Shown here in pieces: positions 1 to 8,325 of a stretch of DNA of 64,000 nucleotides. The stretch's first letter is position 1; every line of letters begins with the position of its first letter. A program made the position numbers and the translations under genes. The stretch is from NCBI GenBank assembly GCA_016839805.1, contig JAEOTO010000032.1, forward strand, positions 206,725 through 270,724, read 5' to 3'. Source of the stretch: Candidatus Hermodarchaeota archaeon (lineage in GTDB: Archaea; Asgardarchaeota; Hermodarchaeia; Hermodarchaeales; Hermodarchaeaceae). Under the pieces are notes generated by a model, which was not told where the DNA came from, searched no databases, and saw only the letters and a program-made list of their open reading frames with translations.

Positions 1-785
1 AAATGTATATCGGAAATCAGTAACGCGCTAATGTCCTCTTTAGCACGATTATTACGGCGATTAGATGGGATGTCGGGTAGAAACAAATCCTTTGCAATGA
101 GCATTTCAGAGCTGATGATCGCACCTTCTATGCAAAGCACTTGGTCGAGTAAAACTAATTGTACTTTGGAAAAGAGATTCGGGTCCCGATTCTGCACTAT
201 GACAGTGACTCGTCCTGTTAGGTCGTCCAATTCTATAGCAATATTCCCACTCTTTGTCATAGTCTTTTTCGTGACTTGACCAACAATTTTGATTGTTCTA
301 TCTTTATCATTCGTTGTGTTCTTCTTTGATTTCATTGCATCTTGGATGTCAATTATTCCCTTTCCATCTACTCGTTGGCTTAAGATGTCACGTAATCGGT
401 AATATCGATCCTGAAAATTTGAAAGAAAGTCATCAATAGTGCCCTTGCCACGTAATTCGGGTGTAGGATCTTTGAGAATCTTGATTTCCGATTTTATGCC
501 TTCTGCCGGCTGTCTTTTTTTTGTTGGCTGTGTTATTGGTTTCGTTGGTTTAGCGTCTTTTTCTTTGGTTATCTCAGGCGGTTCAATCCGAGGTAATTGA
601 AAATGTGTGGGTTTGAGAACAGGAGTTTCTAAAGGGTGAATTTTGTTTGTTGATAGAAAGGTATCCACAATCTGGTTTGGATTTGGTTCTTTTTGCAACA
701 TATCTAAGGTTTCTGGGCTAATTTGGAATCCGGCTTTGATTAATTTCGCAACAGCTGTTTGTACGTTGGTTTCTTCTGTTGACAC
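1..785 (-). CDS. polB: DNA polymerase D small subunit DP1 (N-terminal part; runs off window edge)
   Basis: Not in the ORF track. Manual translation from GTG 785: MSTEETNVQTAVAKLIKAGFQISPE...GKGTIDDFLSNFQDRYYRL...IVGQV...ELDDLTG (OB fold)...LISDIH (first phosphoesterase motif). Confidence 0.9.
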   Translation of the reverse strand, partial: MSTEETNVQTAVAKLIKAGFQISPETLDMLQKEPNPNQIVDTFLSTNKIHPLETPVLKPTHFQLPRIEPPEITKEKDAKPTKPITQPTKKRQPAEGIKSEIKILKDPTPELRGKGTIDDFLSNFQDRYYRLRDILSQRVDGKGIIDIQDAMKSKKNTTNDKDRTIKIVGQVTKKTMTKSGNIAIELDDLTGRVTVIVQNRDPNLFSKVQLVLLDQVLCIEGAIISSEMLIAKDLFLPDIPSNRRNNRAKEDISALLISDIH

Positions 786-886
786 GCCTTATCGCCAATA
801 CATCAATGGGCAGTTATCTTTTTTGTAGAGTTCGGTTAGGATGATATCATAAGGAACCTTAACGAATATTATCAAGAACTCGATTT

Positions 887-1855
887 ATGGTGGTATCCAT
901 GGAGGCAAGGAAGTTACAGCAAGTTGGGGCGACTTTTCTTCTCTCAGTTCCCAAACACTGGGTCGAAGAACAAGGCCTGAAAAAAGGTTCGATGATTATT
1001 GTACATGAACGCGTGGATGGAATGCTGATAATTGATCCTGGTCTAGTTGAAGAACCATTGAAATTACGAAGTGTAATCACTAATCCGTCGAATTTGGGGC
1101 GTAATATTTTAGCAGGGTATCTTGCGGGGAATGATGTTATTGAGGTTAATCTTGGGAATGAGATGACTCCGGTACTAAAACGTGAAATCAAGCGTATGTC
1201 TCAGTTTTTGGTTGGAGTTGAGATTATGGAAGAGGATGCGTCTACAATGACACTCCAATGTCTAATTCCACGAAGTATTGACTCTCGAACTTATTTGCGA
1301 CGTACTTATGGTATCGCTGCAAAGATGCATGAAGACGCAATACGTGCTTTTATTCGGAATGACCAAGAATTGGCACAAGATGTGATTAACCGAGATCGCG
1401 AAGTGGATCGATTATATTTCCTTGTTGTTCGTCAGCTCCGGAAAGCTATTGCATCACCCACTGGTGACCTTATGCTTTCCCCACTTAATCTCCTCGATTA
1501 TCGGCTTGTTGCCAAGGAAGTAGAAGCTATTGCAGATGGTTGTGCAAGTATCGCCGAACAAGTGATTACAGAAGGTTATGTGGTTCCTCCTCGTCCATTT
1601 GCACGTGTTCTAACGGAAATCAGTCAACAAGTCCTCCTCGCACATCGAGAGGCTATTACAGCGGTTATTAAACAAGATAATAACCGGGCACGGCGTGTTA
1701 TTGCCCTTCAAGAAAAAATTTCAAGGCTTGTTGTTGAAATAACTGAGGTATTAGCAAAACAGGACACATCGGTATTACCCGTCTTTGATCGGGTAATCCA
1801 TAATCTTGAAAGAATCTTTGAATCTAGCATTGATATTGCGGACCTTGTAATATGA
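887..1855 (+). CDS. PhoU-family phosphate uptake regulator with N-terminal AbrB domain
   Basis: RKLQQVGATFLLSVPKHW AbrB-like N-terminus; PhoU repeat DREVDRLYFLVVRQL...VEAIAD; ends IDIADLV. Confidence 0.88.
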   Translation: MVVSMEARKLQQVGATFLLSVPKHWVEEQGLKKGSMIIVHERVDGMLIIDPGLVEEPLKLRSVITNPSNLGRNILAGYLAGNDVIEVNLGNEMTPVLKREIKRMSQFLVGVEIMEEDASTMTLQCLIPRSIDSRTYLRRTYGIAAKMHEDAIRAFIRNDQELAQDVINRDREVDRLYFLVVRQLRKAIASPTGDLMLSPLNLLDYRLVAKEVEAIADGCASIAEQVITEGYVVPPRPFARVLTEISQQVLLAHREAITAVIKQDNNRARRVIALQEKISRLVVEITEVLAKQDTSVLPVFDRVIHNLERIFESSIDIADLVI

Positions 1856-1867
1856 ATAAATATGGAG

Positions 1868-1964
1868 TGGCGCGGAGTAGGGGATTTGAACCCCTGCGAC
1901 CAGATGGTCACTGGATAACCCGATTTATCTCGAGTCCAGCGCGTTACCGCTCCGCCAACTCCGC
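1868..1964 (-). tRNA. tRNA-Ser(CGA) with 12-nt canonical intron (1917-1928)
   Basis: GCGGAGT/ACTCCGC acceptor, G73, encoded CCA, long variable arm; CTGGA-CT-CGA-G[intron]A-TCCAG. Confidence 0.93.
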
Positions 1965-2080
1965 TAGAATTTTGAATATGACGGTACTCGCCAATAAACG
2001 TTTTTTCTCCTCTTTATCTTGTTTCACCCAAACACTTTATTTCCTGGGACGAGTCCCACAACTCAAATAGGTGAATCTCT

Positions 2081-2929
2081 TTGGTCCAATCAAAAGACGT
2101 AACAGCTATACAAAGGAAGTATAAAATCATTGGGCGCCAAGACATAATAACTCAATGTCTTGCTTCGGATCAGGCAGATAAACATCTTCTTATCGAAGGA
2201 CCAGTTGGTGTTGGCAAAACCACGATTGCTTCAGCTATAGCTGATTTCTTAGGGCGCTCTTTTTTCCGTGTTGATGGGGATGAACGTTATACTTCAGCAA
2301 AGCTGGTTGGTTGGTTTGATCCCCCCGTTGTGTTGCAACAAGGCTATACACGCGACACTTTCGTTCCGGGTCCATTAATTGAAACTATGGAAACTGGTGG
2401 GGTACTTTTTATTAATGAAATCAATCGGATGCCTGAAGCAACGCAAAATACATTACTCCCTGTCATGGATGAAGGGCGCTTACATGTACCCAAATTAGGA
2501 ACAATCCTTGCAAAAAATGGTTTCCGCATTATTGCTACACAAAATCCTGAAGCCAGTGTGGGTGTTACACCTCTTGGTGAGGCGCTTCGTGATCGCTATG
2601 TCTGGTTGTACTTGGACTATCATTCTGAATCAGAAGAGCAAGAAATTGTGAAAATAAATACTGGCGTTAAAGATGAAGAAATTCTCAATATTGCTGTAGC
2701 TATTACACGTGCGACACGTGATTATGTCGACATTTTACGAGGGGCCAGCGTTCGGGGTGCAATAGATACCGCTAGTTTATACAAACAACTTCCTGGGGAT
2801 GGTCATAAAATTTGGGAACAAGCAGCGGTGATGTCGCTGGTGCCAAAAATCGAATTGAATGATAATGCCCAAAAATCACCAGTTGAAGTGATATTAACCT
2901 TAGTAAAATCAATTTTAGCAAATTTTTGA
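2081..2929 (+). CDS. MoxR-family AAA+ ATPase
   Basis: Walker A GPVGVGKT, Walker B-like LFINEINR, IATQNP, ALRDR; SD GGTGA before TTG start. Confidence 0.9.
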   Translation: MVQSKDVTAIQRKYKIIGRQDIITQCLASDQADKHLLIEGPVGVGKTTIASAIADFLGRSFFRVDGDERYTSAKLVGWFDPPVVLQQGYTRDTFVPGPLIETMETGGVLFINEINRMPEATQNTLLPVMDEGRLHVPKLGTILAKNGFRIIATQNPEASVGVTPLGEALRDRYVWLYLDYHSESEEQEIVKINTGVKDEEILNIAVAITRATRDYVDILRGASVRGAIDTASLYKQLPGDGHKIWEQAAVMSLVPKIELNDNAQKSPVEVILTLVKSILANF

Positions 2930-3999
2930 TCACGGAGGAGGCTGTGCCCTCCGATGACGTGCCTATTGTACTGTCGGGGACCATTTCAGATGAGAAACTA
3001 TTTGAATCGGAAATCCGTGCTAGTGGGCGTGATTTTCAGTACTATCTTCGGCTGGGACGGACATTTGACTATCCTGCTGCTAAACAAATGGCTGAACTAG
3101 CCATCGAATTCGGTAACGTATCCGCGTTGCAAGCCTTGGCTCAACTCCAACCTATTGCCACTAGTGAAGCGATTTCCAGTCAAAATGGCGTTCACTTGAT
3201 TGCGCGTTCAGCCCGAGAAGGTAATGTCGCTGCGCCCTTACTTTTTTTCCAACTCCGACATCAAATTCGAGGTAAATATCGAGAAACTTTCCGAAAACTT
3301 GCCCGTGCTACCATTATCCATTCAGCGCTCCGGATTAGCGGTCGTGGTTTACGACCTGAAACAATTCAAAATGTTCCTTTCCATCCAGGTCTCAATGAAT
3401 TCGATCTGGATGCTACACTAGAAGAAACCCTTCTAAAACCTGAATACGTTAGTTATACCGACATTGTCGGCATCGAGCGTGTAGCTCGAAGAAAAATCGG
3501 TACCATCATTCTCGATACTTCAGGATCCATGGCAGGTCTCAAATTGCTTACTGCCGCAACAGCAGCTGCGGTTGCTGCTTACCATCTTCGGCACGATAAA
3601 TACGCGCTCATCGCTTTCAATACTGTCGCAAATACTGTCAAATCAATGGATCAACATACCACCATTGATTCTATCGTTGACACAATCCTCGATACCGAAC
3701 CCGCTGGTTATACAAATATTGCTGACGCTCTCAAAACGGCTTATACCCAATATGAGCGCTCTCACCGGTATGAATCCTGGGCTATTCTCATTACTGACGG
3801 TATCGCCAACCGTGGTGGGTCACCAGAACCCTTTGCTCGTAAATATCAAAACCTCCATGTTCTTCAGACACCTGGGACTCATCCCCAAGGTGAAGAAACC
3901 TGTCAACGCATCGCACTACTCGGTCGTGGACGTCACATTAAGGTAAACTCCTACACCGAAGTGCCACGTGCCCTAATACGACTCTTACGACATACATAA
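2926..3999 (+). CDS. VWA-domain protein, partner of the MoxR ATPase
   Basis: MIDAS DTSGS, YTNI, LITDG; 4-nt overlap with the MoxR gene. Confidence 0.9.
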   Translation: MITEEAVPSDDVPIVLSGTISDEKLFESEIRASGRDFQYYLRLGRTFDYPAAKQMAELAIEFGNVSALQALAQLQPIATSEAISSQNGVHLIARSAREGNVAAPLLFFQLRHQIRGKYRETFRKLARATIIHSALRISGRGLRPETIQNVPFHPGLNEFDLDATLEETLLKPEYVSYTDIVGIERVARRKIGTIILDTSGSMAGLKLLTAATAAAVAAYHLRHDKYALIAFNTVANTVKSMDQHTTIDSIVDTILDTEPAGYTNIADALKTAYTQYERSHRYESWAILITDGIANRGGSPEPFARKYQNLHVLQTPGTHPQGEETCQRIALLGRGRHIKVNSYTEVPRALIRLLRHT

Positions 4000-4013
4000 C
4001 AAGAGAAAGTTGG

Positions 4014-4073
4014 TTAATAGGGGAAAGGACAAACGCCTAATGGACCAATTTCTTCTCCAGGAAGAGGATACAC
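4014..4073 (-). CDS. Putative 19-aa micropeptide MYPLPGEEIGPLGVCPFPY
   Basis: SD GGTGA (4083-4079) 5 nt before GTG; shares MYP start and PFPY-stop end with the micro-ORF at 4331; T-rich tract after the stop. Confidence 0.6.
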   Translation of the reverse strand: MYPLPGEEIGPLGVCPFPY

Positions 4074-4330
4074 ATAATTCACCAAAAGTTGGTGTGTAAT
4101 TTCATACTTAAACACCAAAACATTTCGTACTATAGTATCGAAACAAAACCAAACTCATTTACTCAATTTTACAAACGAATCTAAACAAACTTCGTAAGGC
4201 CAAATTACTTGCAAAAACTCTCTCAAAATCTCGTAAAAATAGTCCAACTCTTTTCGTGTAATTTTCTTTGTTTATATAGAATTTTAGAACGGCTCCTATA
4301 GTAATAACAACTATGGAGGCATCTAACAAA

Positions 4331-4363
4331 ATGTACCCCCCGCAACATCCCTTCCCTTATTAA
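4331..4363 (+). CDS. Putative 10-aa micropeptide MYPPQHPFPY
   Basis: TATA box TTTATATA 4271-4278, SD GGAGG 4315-4319; leader homologous to that of the micro-ORF at 6318; stop overlaps the stop of the 585-aa gene (TTAA 4360-4363). Confidence 0.65.
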   Translation: MYPPQHPFPY

Positions 4364-6117
4364 AAACTATTTTTCCTCCTTTTTTTTGACTTAATTTTTG
4401 GTAGTGTATTCTCTGTCCATACCCATTTTTTTGCATCAAAATCATAGTACTTTGGTTGAATTGGTGATTCAAAACCTGTCATTGCCTGCCAAGTAGGTTT
4501 CACTTGAAATGCTACATTGATTTCCTGGTTTGAAAAGATTTTTTGTAATGTTGATAGAACATCAACAGCATTATGATTCGGGACATAAAGGAAAACATAA
4601 CCATTACCATTTTCAAGAATTACTCCACTAATATTAGGAAGTATATGAAGCGATTGAAGTACTTGTATAGTTATTTCTCGTGGTTCGAAAATGTAAATTT
4701 GGATTACTGTGTCCAAGCCCACGTGGTAAAGAATCAATCCTTGTAGTTTGCTTACGTTGTTTTTTTCTAATTTCTTTATTTGTCTCCTAAATTTCATATG
4801 AGCTGAATCTGCAAGACCTGCGTAACGGGCTTCAAGTGATGGTTGTGCTGCTACTCGATCTGTGCTGAGAATAATTCTGTGATCTCGTCTAAAATATATG
4901 AAATCCTCAGGATTCAATTGAACAGGGAATTTCTGAGTGCTCTGTAATAAGTTGTAGGAAAATTCCAGTGAATACGTTTTTGGTATTTCTTCAACTGGTA
5001 TCTCTTCTGATAAAATTGTACGAGATTTTTCGAGAATAACCGAAAAGTCTTGGGGCCATCCAATTTCGGGTATATATGAACTAAGATTCCAGTTGTTAAT
5101 AATCTCAGAGCTTCGTACGTTCATTAATATTGAGATCTTCTCTTGAACCACGAGGTCTTCTAACCAATCGTTAAAGGTCATTCTTTGGTTGTTTGGGATA
5201 AGTACTCTACAATGAAGTAGGTTATCCTGAATGAGGTTAATTAACCAGGTGTAACAAATTTCAGAAAAGAAAGATGAAATCTGCTGGCATTTCTTTTGGC
5301 TTGGTATCTGTAGAATTACCTCATGGGGAGTTAATCCGATTAATGGTAAGTTGATAAAGTGATATAAGCGAAGTAGATGTCTTTGAGCAAGTTTATTCAA
5401 CGCTTGACTAAGAGCAGAAGGGGTCATTTGAAGTTGTTTAGCAAGTTTGCTTTGATGGAGGGTAGTTATGTGTTTCAGCGTCAAAAGGATACGTAGCTCA
5501 CTACTCGTAAGAGGGGTATGGGTCTCAAGCATCCACCGTTCAAGGGCGGCAGTATAGGTTGATGTGGCGAGGGGAGTGCCGGTGCTTGTGGGACGAATAG
5601 TGTTAAGCCAGTGGAGGGCGCGGTGGAGAAAGCTGCCGGCAACAACTTGATCGAAGAGGGGGAAGCCTAAGGGCGCGTCGTATATGTAGTGCTGGTAGTG
5701 TTGGGGTGGGGACACCTGCTTCCAGATCTTGGTAAACGCCTTATATTCAGATTCGGTATAGTTGCCGTAACGGAGACCAGCGTAGAGGCCAAGGTCAGCC
5801 GCTTCGGGGATGTGACGTAGGTGAGGTAGAAGAAGGCTTAGGAGGGCTTCCCGCCAAAGCACCCAATCTAAGACATGGGAGTCAGCATCTTTGAGGTCCC
5901 GGGCGAGGGCAACGTACCAACCGCCGCGTAGTTGGTTCGCAAGTTGTGTTTCAAGAGCGCCAAAGCGTGGGCGATCATAGATTAACGGGTTGTCACCCCA
6001 TACGAGGTAAAGAATACGGTCTTGCTTCCGGAATAAGGAATCCATAATGAGCTCGGTGGCTAATTGATCCTGTTTACGATGGAACCTTTGCATCAGCTCA
6101 CGCGACCTCGATGACAA
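4360..6117 (-). CDS. Large HTH / tandem Lrp-AsnC-like protein (paralog 1)
   Basis: Central wHTH (ELRILLTL...QSKLAKQLQMTPSALSQALNKL), Lrp-type linkers INLPLIGL and YHVGLD, C-terminal YDFxxxxWxW; colinear with 6474-8204 (PRFGA, VLWREA, ADLGLY, GFPxFD, LERWM). Confidence 0.7.
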   Translation of the reverse strand: MSSRSRELMQRFHRKQDQLATELIMDSLFRKQDRILYLVWGDNPLIYDRPRFGALETQLANQLRGGWYVALARDLKDADSHVLDWVLWREALLSLLLPHLRHIPEAADLGLYAGLRYGNYTESEYKAFTKIWKQVSPPQHYQHYIYDAPLGFPLFDQVVAGSFLHRALHWLNTIRPTSTGTPLATSTYTAALERWMLETHTPLTSSELRILLTLKHITTLHQSKLAKQLQMTPSALSQALNKLAQRHLLRLYHFINLPLIGLTPHEVILQIPSQKKCQQISSFFSEICYTWLINLIQDNLLHCRVLIPNNQRMTFNDWLEDLVVQEKISILMNVRSSEIINNWNLSSYIPEIGWPQDFSVILEKSRTILSEEIPVEEIPKTYSLEFSYNLLQSTQKFPVQLNPEDFIYFRRDHRIILSTDRVAAQPSLEARYAGLADSAHMKFRRQIKKLEKNNVSKLQGLILYHVGLDTVIQIYIFEPREITIQVLQSLHILPNISGVILENGNGYVFLYVPNHNAVDVLSTLQKIFSNQEINVAFQVKPTWQAMTGFESPIQPKYYDFDAKKWVWTENTLPKIKSKKRRKNSF

Positions 6118-6211
6118 TATTTAGCCATCCAACCACACGATGACTATACAAGGGATTCAGGTTAATTTTACCTTCCGATTATCCTTGAAGTATCAATAAA
6201 TAAAAGAAAGG

Positions 6212-6234
6212 AAGGAAACCATCGAGGTTTCCTT
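6212..6234 (-). terminator. Hairpin plus T-rich tract downstream of the MWPP micro-ORF
   Basis: Perfect 9-bp stem AAGGAAACC/GGTTTCCTT followed on the minus strand by CCTTTCTTTTATTT. Confidence 0.5.
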
Positions 6235-6279
6235 TTAGTAAGTACTAAGTAGGAATCGATGTATGTCCCTTTTTATTTC

Positions 6280-6318
6280 CTAAATATCATGAGGGTCAGG
6301 ACGACGAGGGGGCCACAT
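6280..6318 (-). CDS. Putative 12-aa micropeptide MWPPRRPDPHDI
   Basis: TATA-like TTTAAA 6375-6370, SD GGAGG 6333-6329, leader GGAGGCATCAAAACA-ATG nearly identical to that of the 4331 micro-ORF, terminator-like hairpin downstream. Confidence 0.62.
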   Translation of the reverse strand: MWPPRRPDPHDI

Positions 6319-6473
6319 TGTTTTGATGCCTCCGAGGGTTATCTACTCTTCATTTCATGTAAGTTTCCCTTTAAAGACCGAAAATTATTTGCAAAAAGTA
6401 GGATGGATTTTTTTTCTAAATGGACTTTTTGTGTAATAATCTGGTTATTGGTTGTTACATTCATGAATAATTA

Positions 6474-8204
6474 TCAGGTGCGAGGTAGTGGCAAGGTATC
6501 TTTTGTCCATATCCACATGTTTTTTCCAAAGTCGTAGTTAACAGAATCTATAGTATATGGTCCCGTCCATCCATAAGCTTCCCACGCAGGTCTAATTGCT
6601 GTAACGGCCGGAATTTCAAGGGCAGTGAGTAATTCGTTTAAGGAGATTTGTAGATATACAGCGGACTCAGAAGGTACAAGAAGTGTAGCAACACCAGCTC
6701 CATCATCGAATATTCTTCCTGCAACGTGTGGAAACAGTTGACACGCAGTGAAGATTAGGCGAGTTTCCTCTATTGATGATTCAAGGTATAGATAGAGAGC
6801 AGTATTTAAGCCAATATTTAACAACCCAAGTCCGAGTGGTGGGCTAATTACTTCATTTTTTTCAAGATATTTGACACGTCGACGATAAGCCATGTGTTCA
6901 GATTCTTTATATCCAGCCTGCCTCAACTCATGGGACTCAAAAAACTTCATGTGCTCAGTAGCGAGATAAGCATCAGATGCTCTTTGCATGAAAAAGAAAT
7001 CTTGTTGTTTAATCTCGATGCTTTTTTTCGAATGAGAGGAAGCCAGCTTGTAAAAGTTAATGGGTGGTAAATGTGGAATCCATTCTTCTGATATTAATCT
7101 CGAAAAATTGTCAAATATTGATTCGATTTCAAGGGACCAGCCATCCTTTTGGGGGTCGTACAGATTAAAGTTTCGAGCGTGCATTCTTTCTGAAATCATT
7201 CGTAGTTCCGGTGAGCTAAGACCATAACTTGAAGACACTTGTTTAAGCCATTGGCGGAATCGTGTCATTCGTTCTGTTGGAATTAAGAATGAAGCTAAAA
7301 GCTGATTATTGAATTCTTGAATTGCAAGTGCATAACGAATTCTAGAGATTATTTGCGTCAGGGAATTTTTAATTCTCATATTCGAAGTAGAAAATTTGAC
7401 TGTGATTGGTTGAAGACCAAGTATCGGATAATTTTCGAAGATAACAAACCGTAAAAGGTGTTTTTCTGCAAGTCTTTTAATTACTTGACTTATTGTTGGC
7501 TGGCGGATGTTGAGTTTATCAGCTAATTCGATCTGTGAACAGGTAAGACAATTGTTAATGCCCTTTAGGATTTTAAGTTCTATTGGTCGTAAAATTCTGT
7601 GATAGTTGAACATCCAGCGTTCGAGATTCTCAGCATAAGTCTGTGTGGTCATCTTCGTTGATAGTTGAAAGAATGGTTTGAACCATAGTTTGGTCTTCTG
7701 GAGAAAGGTACCATCTACAAGTTTATCGAAAAACGGAAACCCTGCTGTGGGAAAATAGCGGTAAAAGGTATATTCTATAGGTGGTGATGTAATTTCCCAG
7801 ATTTGGAGAAACCAGTGTCGCTGCTTCTTGGTTCTGAGTGCATAGCGGGAGTAGCAATATAGACCGAGATCAGAGGCTTCTTTTACAGAGCGTACTATTT
7901 TGGGTATGTGGAGTAGATAGGCTTCACGCCATAATACCGCATTAAGAAGATTCCTACGTTCAGTAAGCAATTCTTCCGATAATTCCAAAGTTAATTGATT
8001 GTTGGTGCTTGTTTCGTTAGCACCGAAGCGTGGTCCGGTGAGTTCGATTGGGTTTTGGATCCAGCGAATAGTAGTATACGTGTCGAGGGATTCGGTACCA
8101 ATAATCTGTTGTAATTGTCGTGCGATTTCATTAAAACGATGCAAAGCTTCTGTCTTTCGTTGCTTAAGGATTTCATCTGAAATTTTAGAAGGATTTGTAT
8201 TCAT
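6474..8204 (-). CDS. Large HTH / tandem Lrp-AsnC-like protein (paralog 2)
   Basis: HTH SQIELADKLNIRQPTISQVIKRL, linkers NYPILGL and LNIGLN, C-terminal YDFGKNMWIW. Confidence 0.7.
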   Translation of the reverse strand: MNTNPSKISDEILKQRKTEALHRFNEIARQLQQIIGTESLDTYTTIRWIQNPIELTGPRFGANETSTNNQLTLELSEELLTERRNLLNAVLWREAYLLHIPKIVRSVKEASDLGLYCYSRYALRTKKQRHWFLQIWEITSPPIEYTFYRYFPTAGFPFFDKLVDGTFLQKTKLWFKPFFQLSTKMTTQTYAENLERWMFNYHRILRPIELKILKGINNCLTCSQIELADKLNIRQPTISQVIKRLAEKHLLRFVIFENYPILGLQPITVKFSTSNMRIKNSLTQIISRIRYALAIQEFNNQLLASFLIPTERMTRFRQWLKQVSSSYGLSSPELRMISERMHARNFNLYDPQKDGWSLEIESIFDNFSRLISEEWIPHLPPINFYKLASSHSKKSIEIKQQDFFFMQRASDAYLATEHMKFFESHELRQAGYKESEHMAYRRRVKYLEKNEVISPPLGLGLLNIGLNTALYLYLESSIEETRLIFTACQLFPHVAGRIFDDGAGVATLLVPSESAVYLQISLNELLTALEIPAVTAIRPAWEAYGWTGPYTIDSVNYDFGKNMWIWTKDTLPLPRT

Positions 8205-8325
8205 TGTGAGAGTTCCCGTGGTTTTCCCTAGACTAGTCTATTCATGAATATGACATCTTAATAGTCTTAGGAAGAATAAGTGATTGAAGGTGTGGAGTTT
8301 TTCTATTCTATAGTCTTGAGATGAA

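Noticed and set aside
6259-6537. 92-aa + strand ORF and other short antisense or tRNA-overlapping ORFs in the track
   Set aside because: Shadow ORFs without motifs that overlap better-supported genes, tRNAs or the MWPP cassette.
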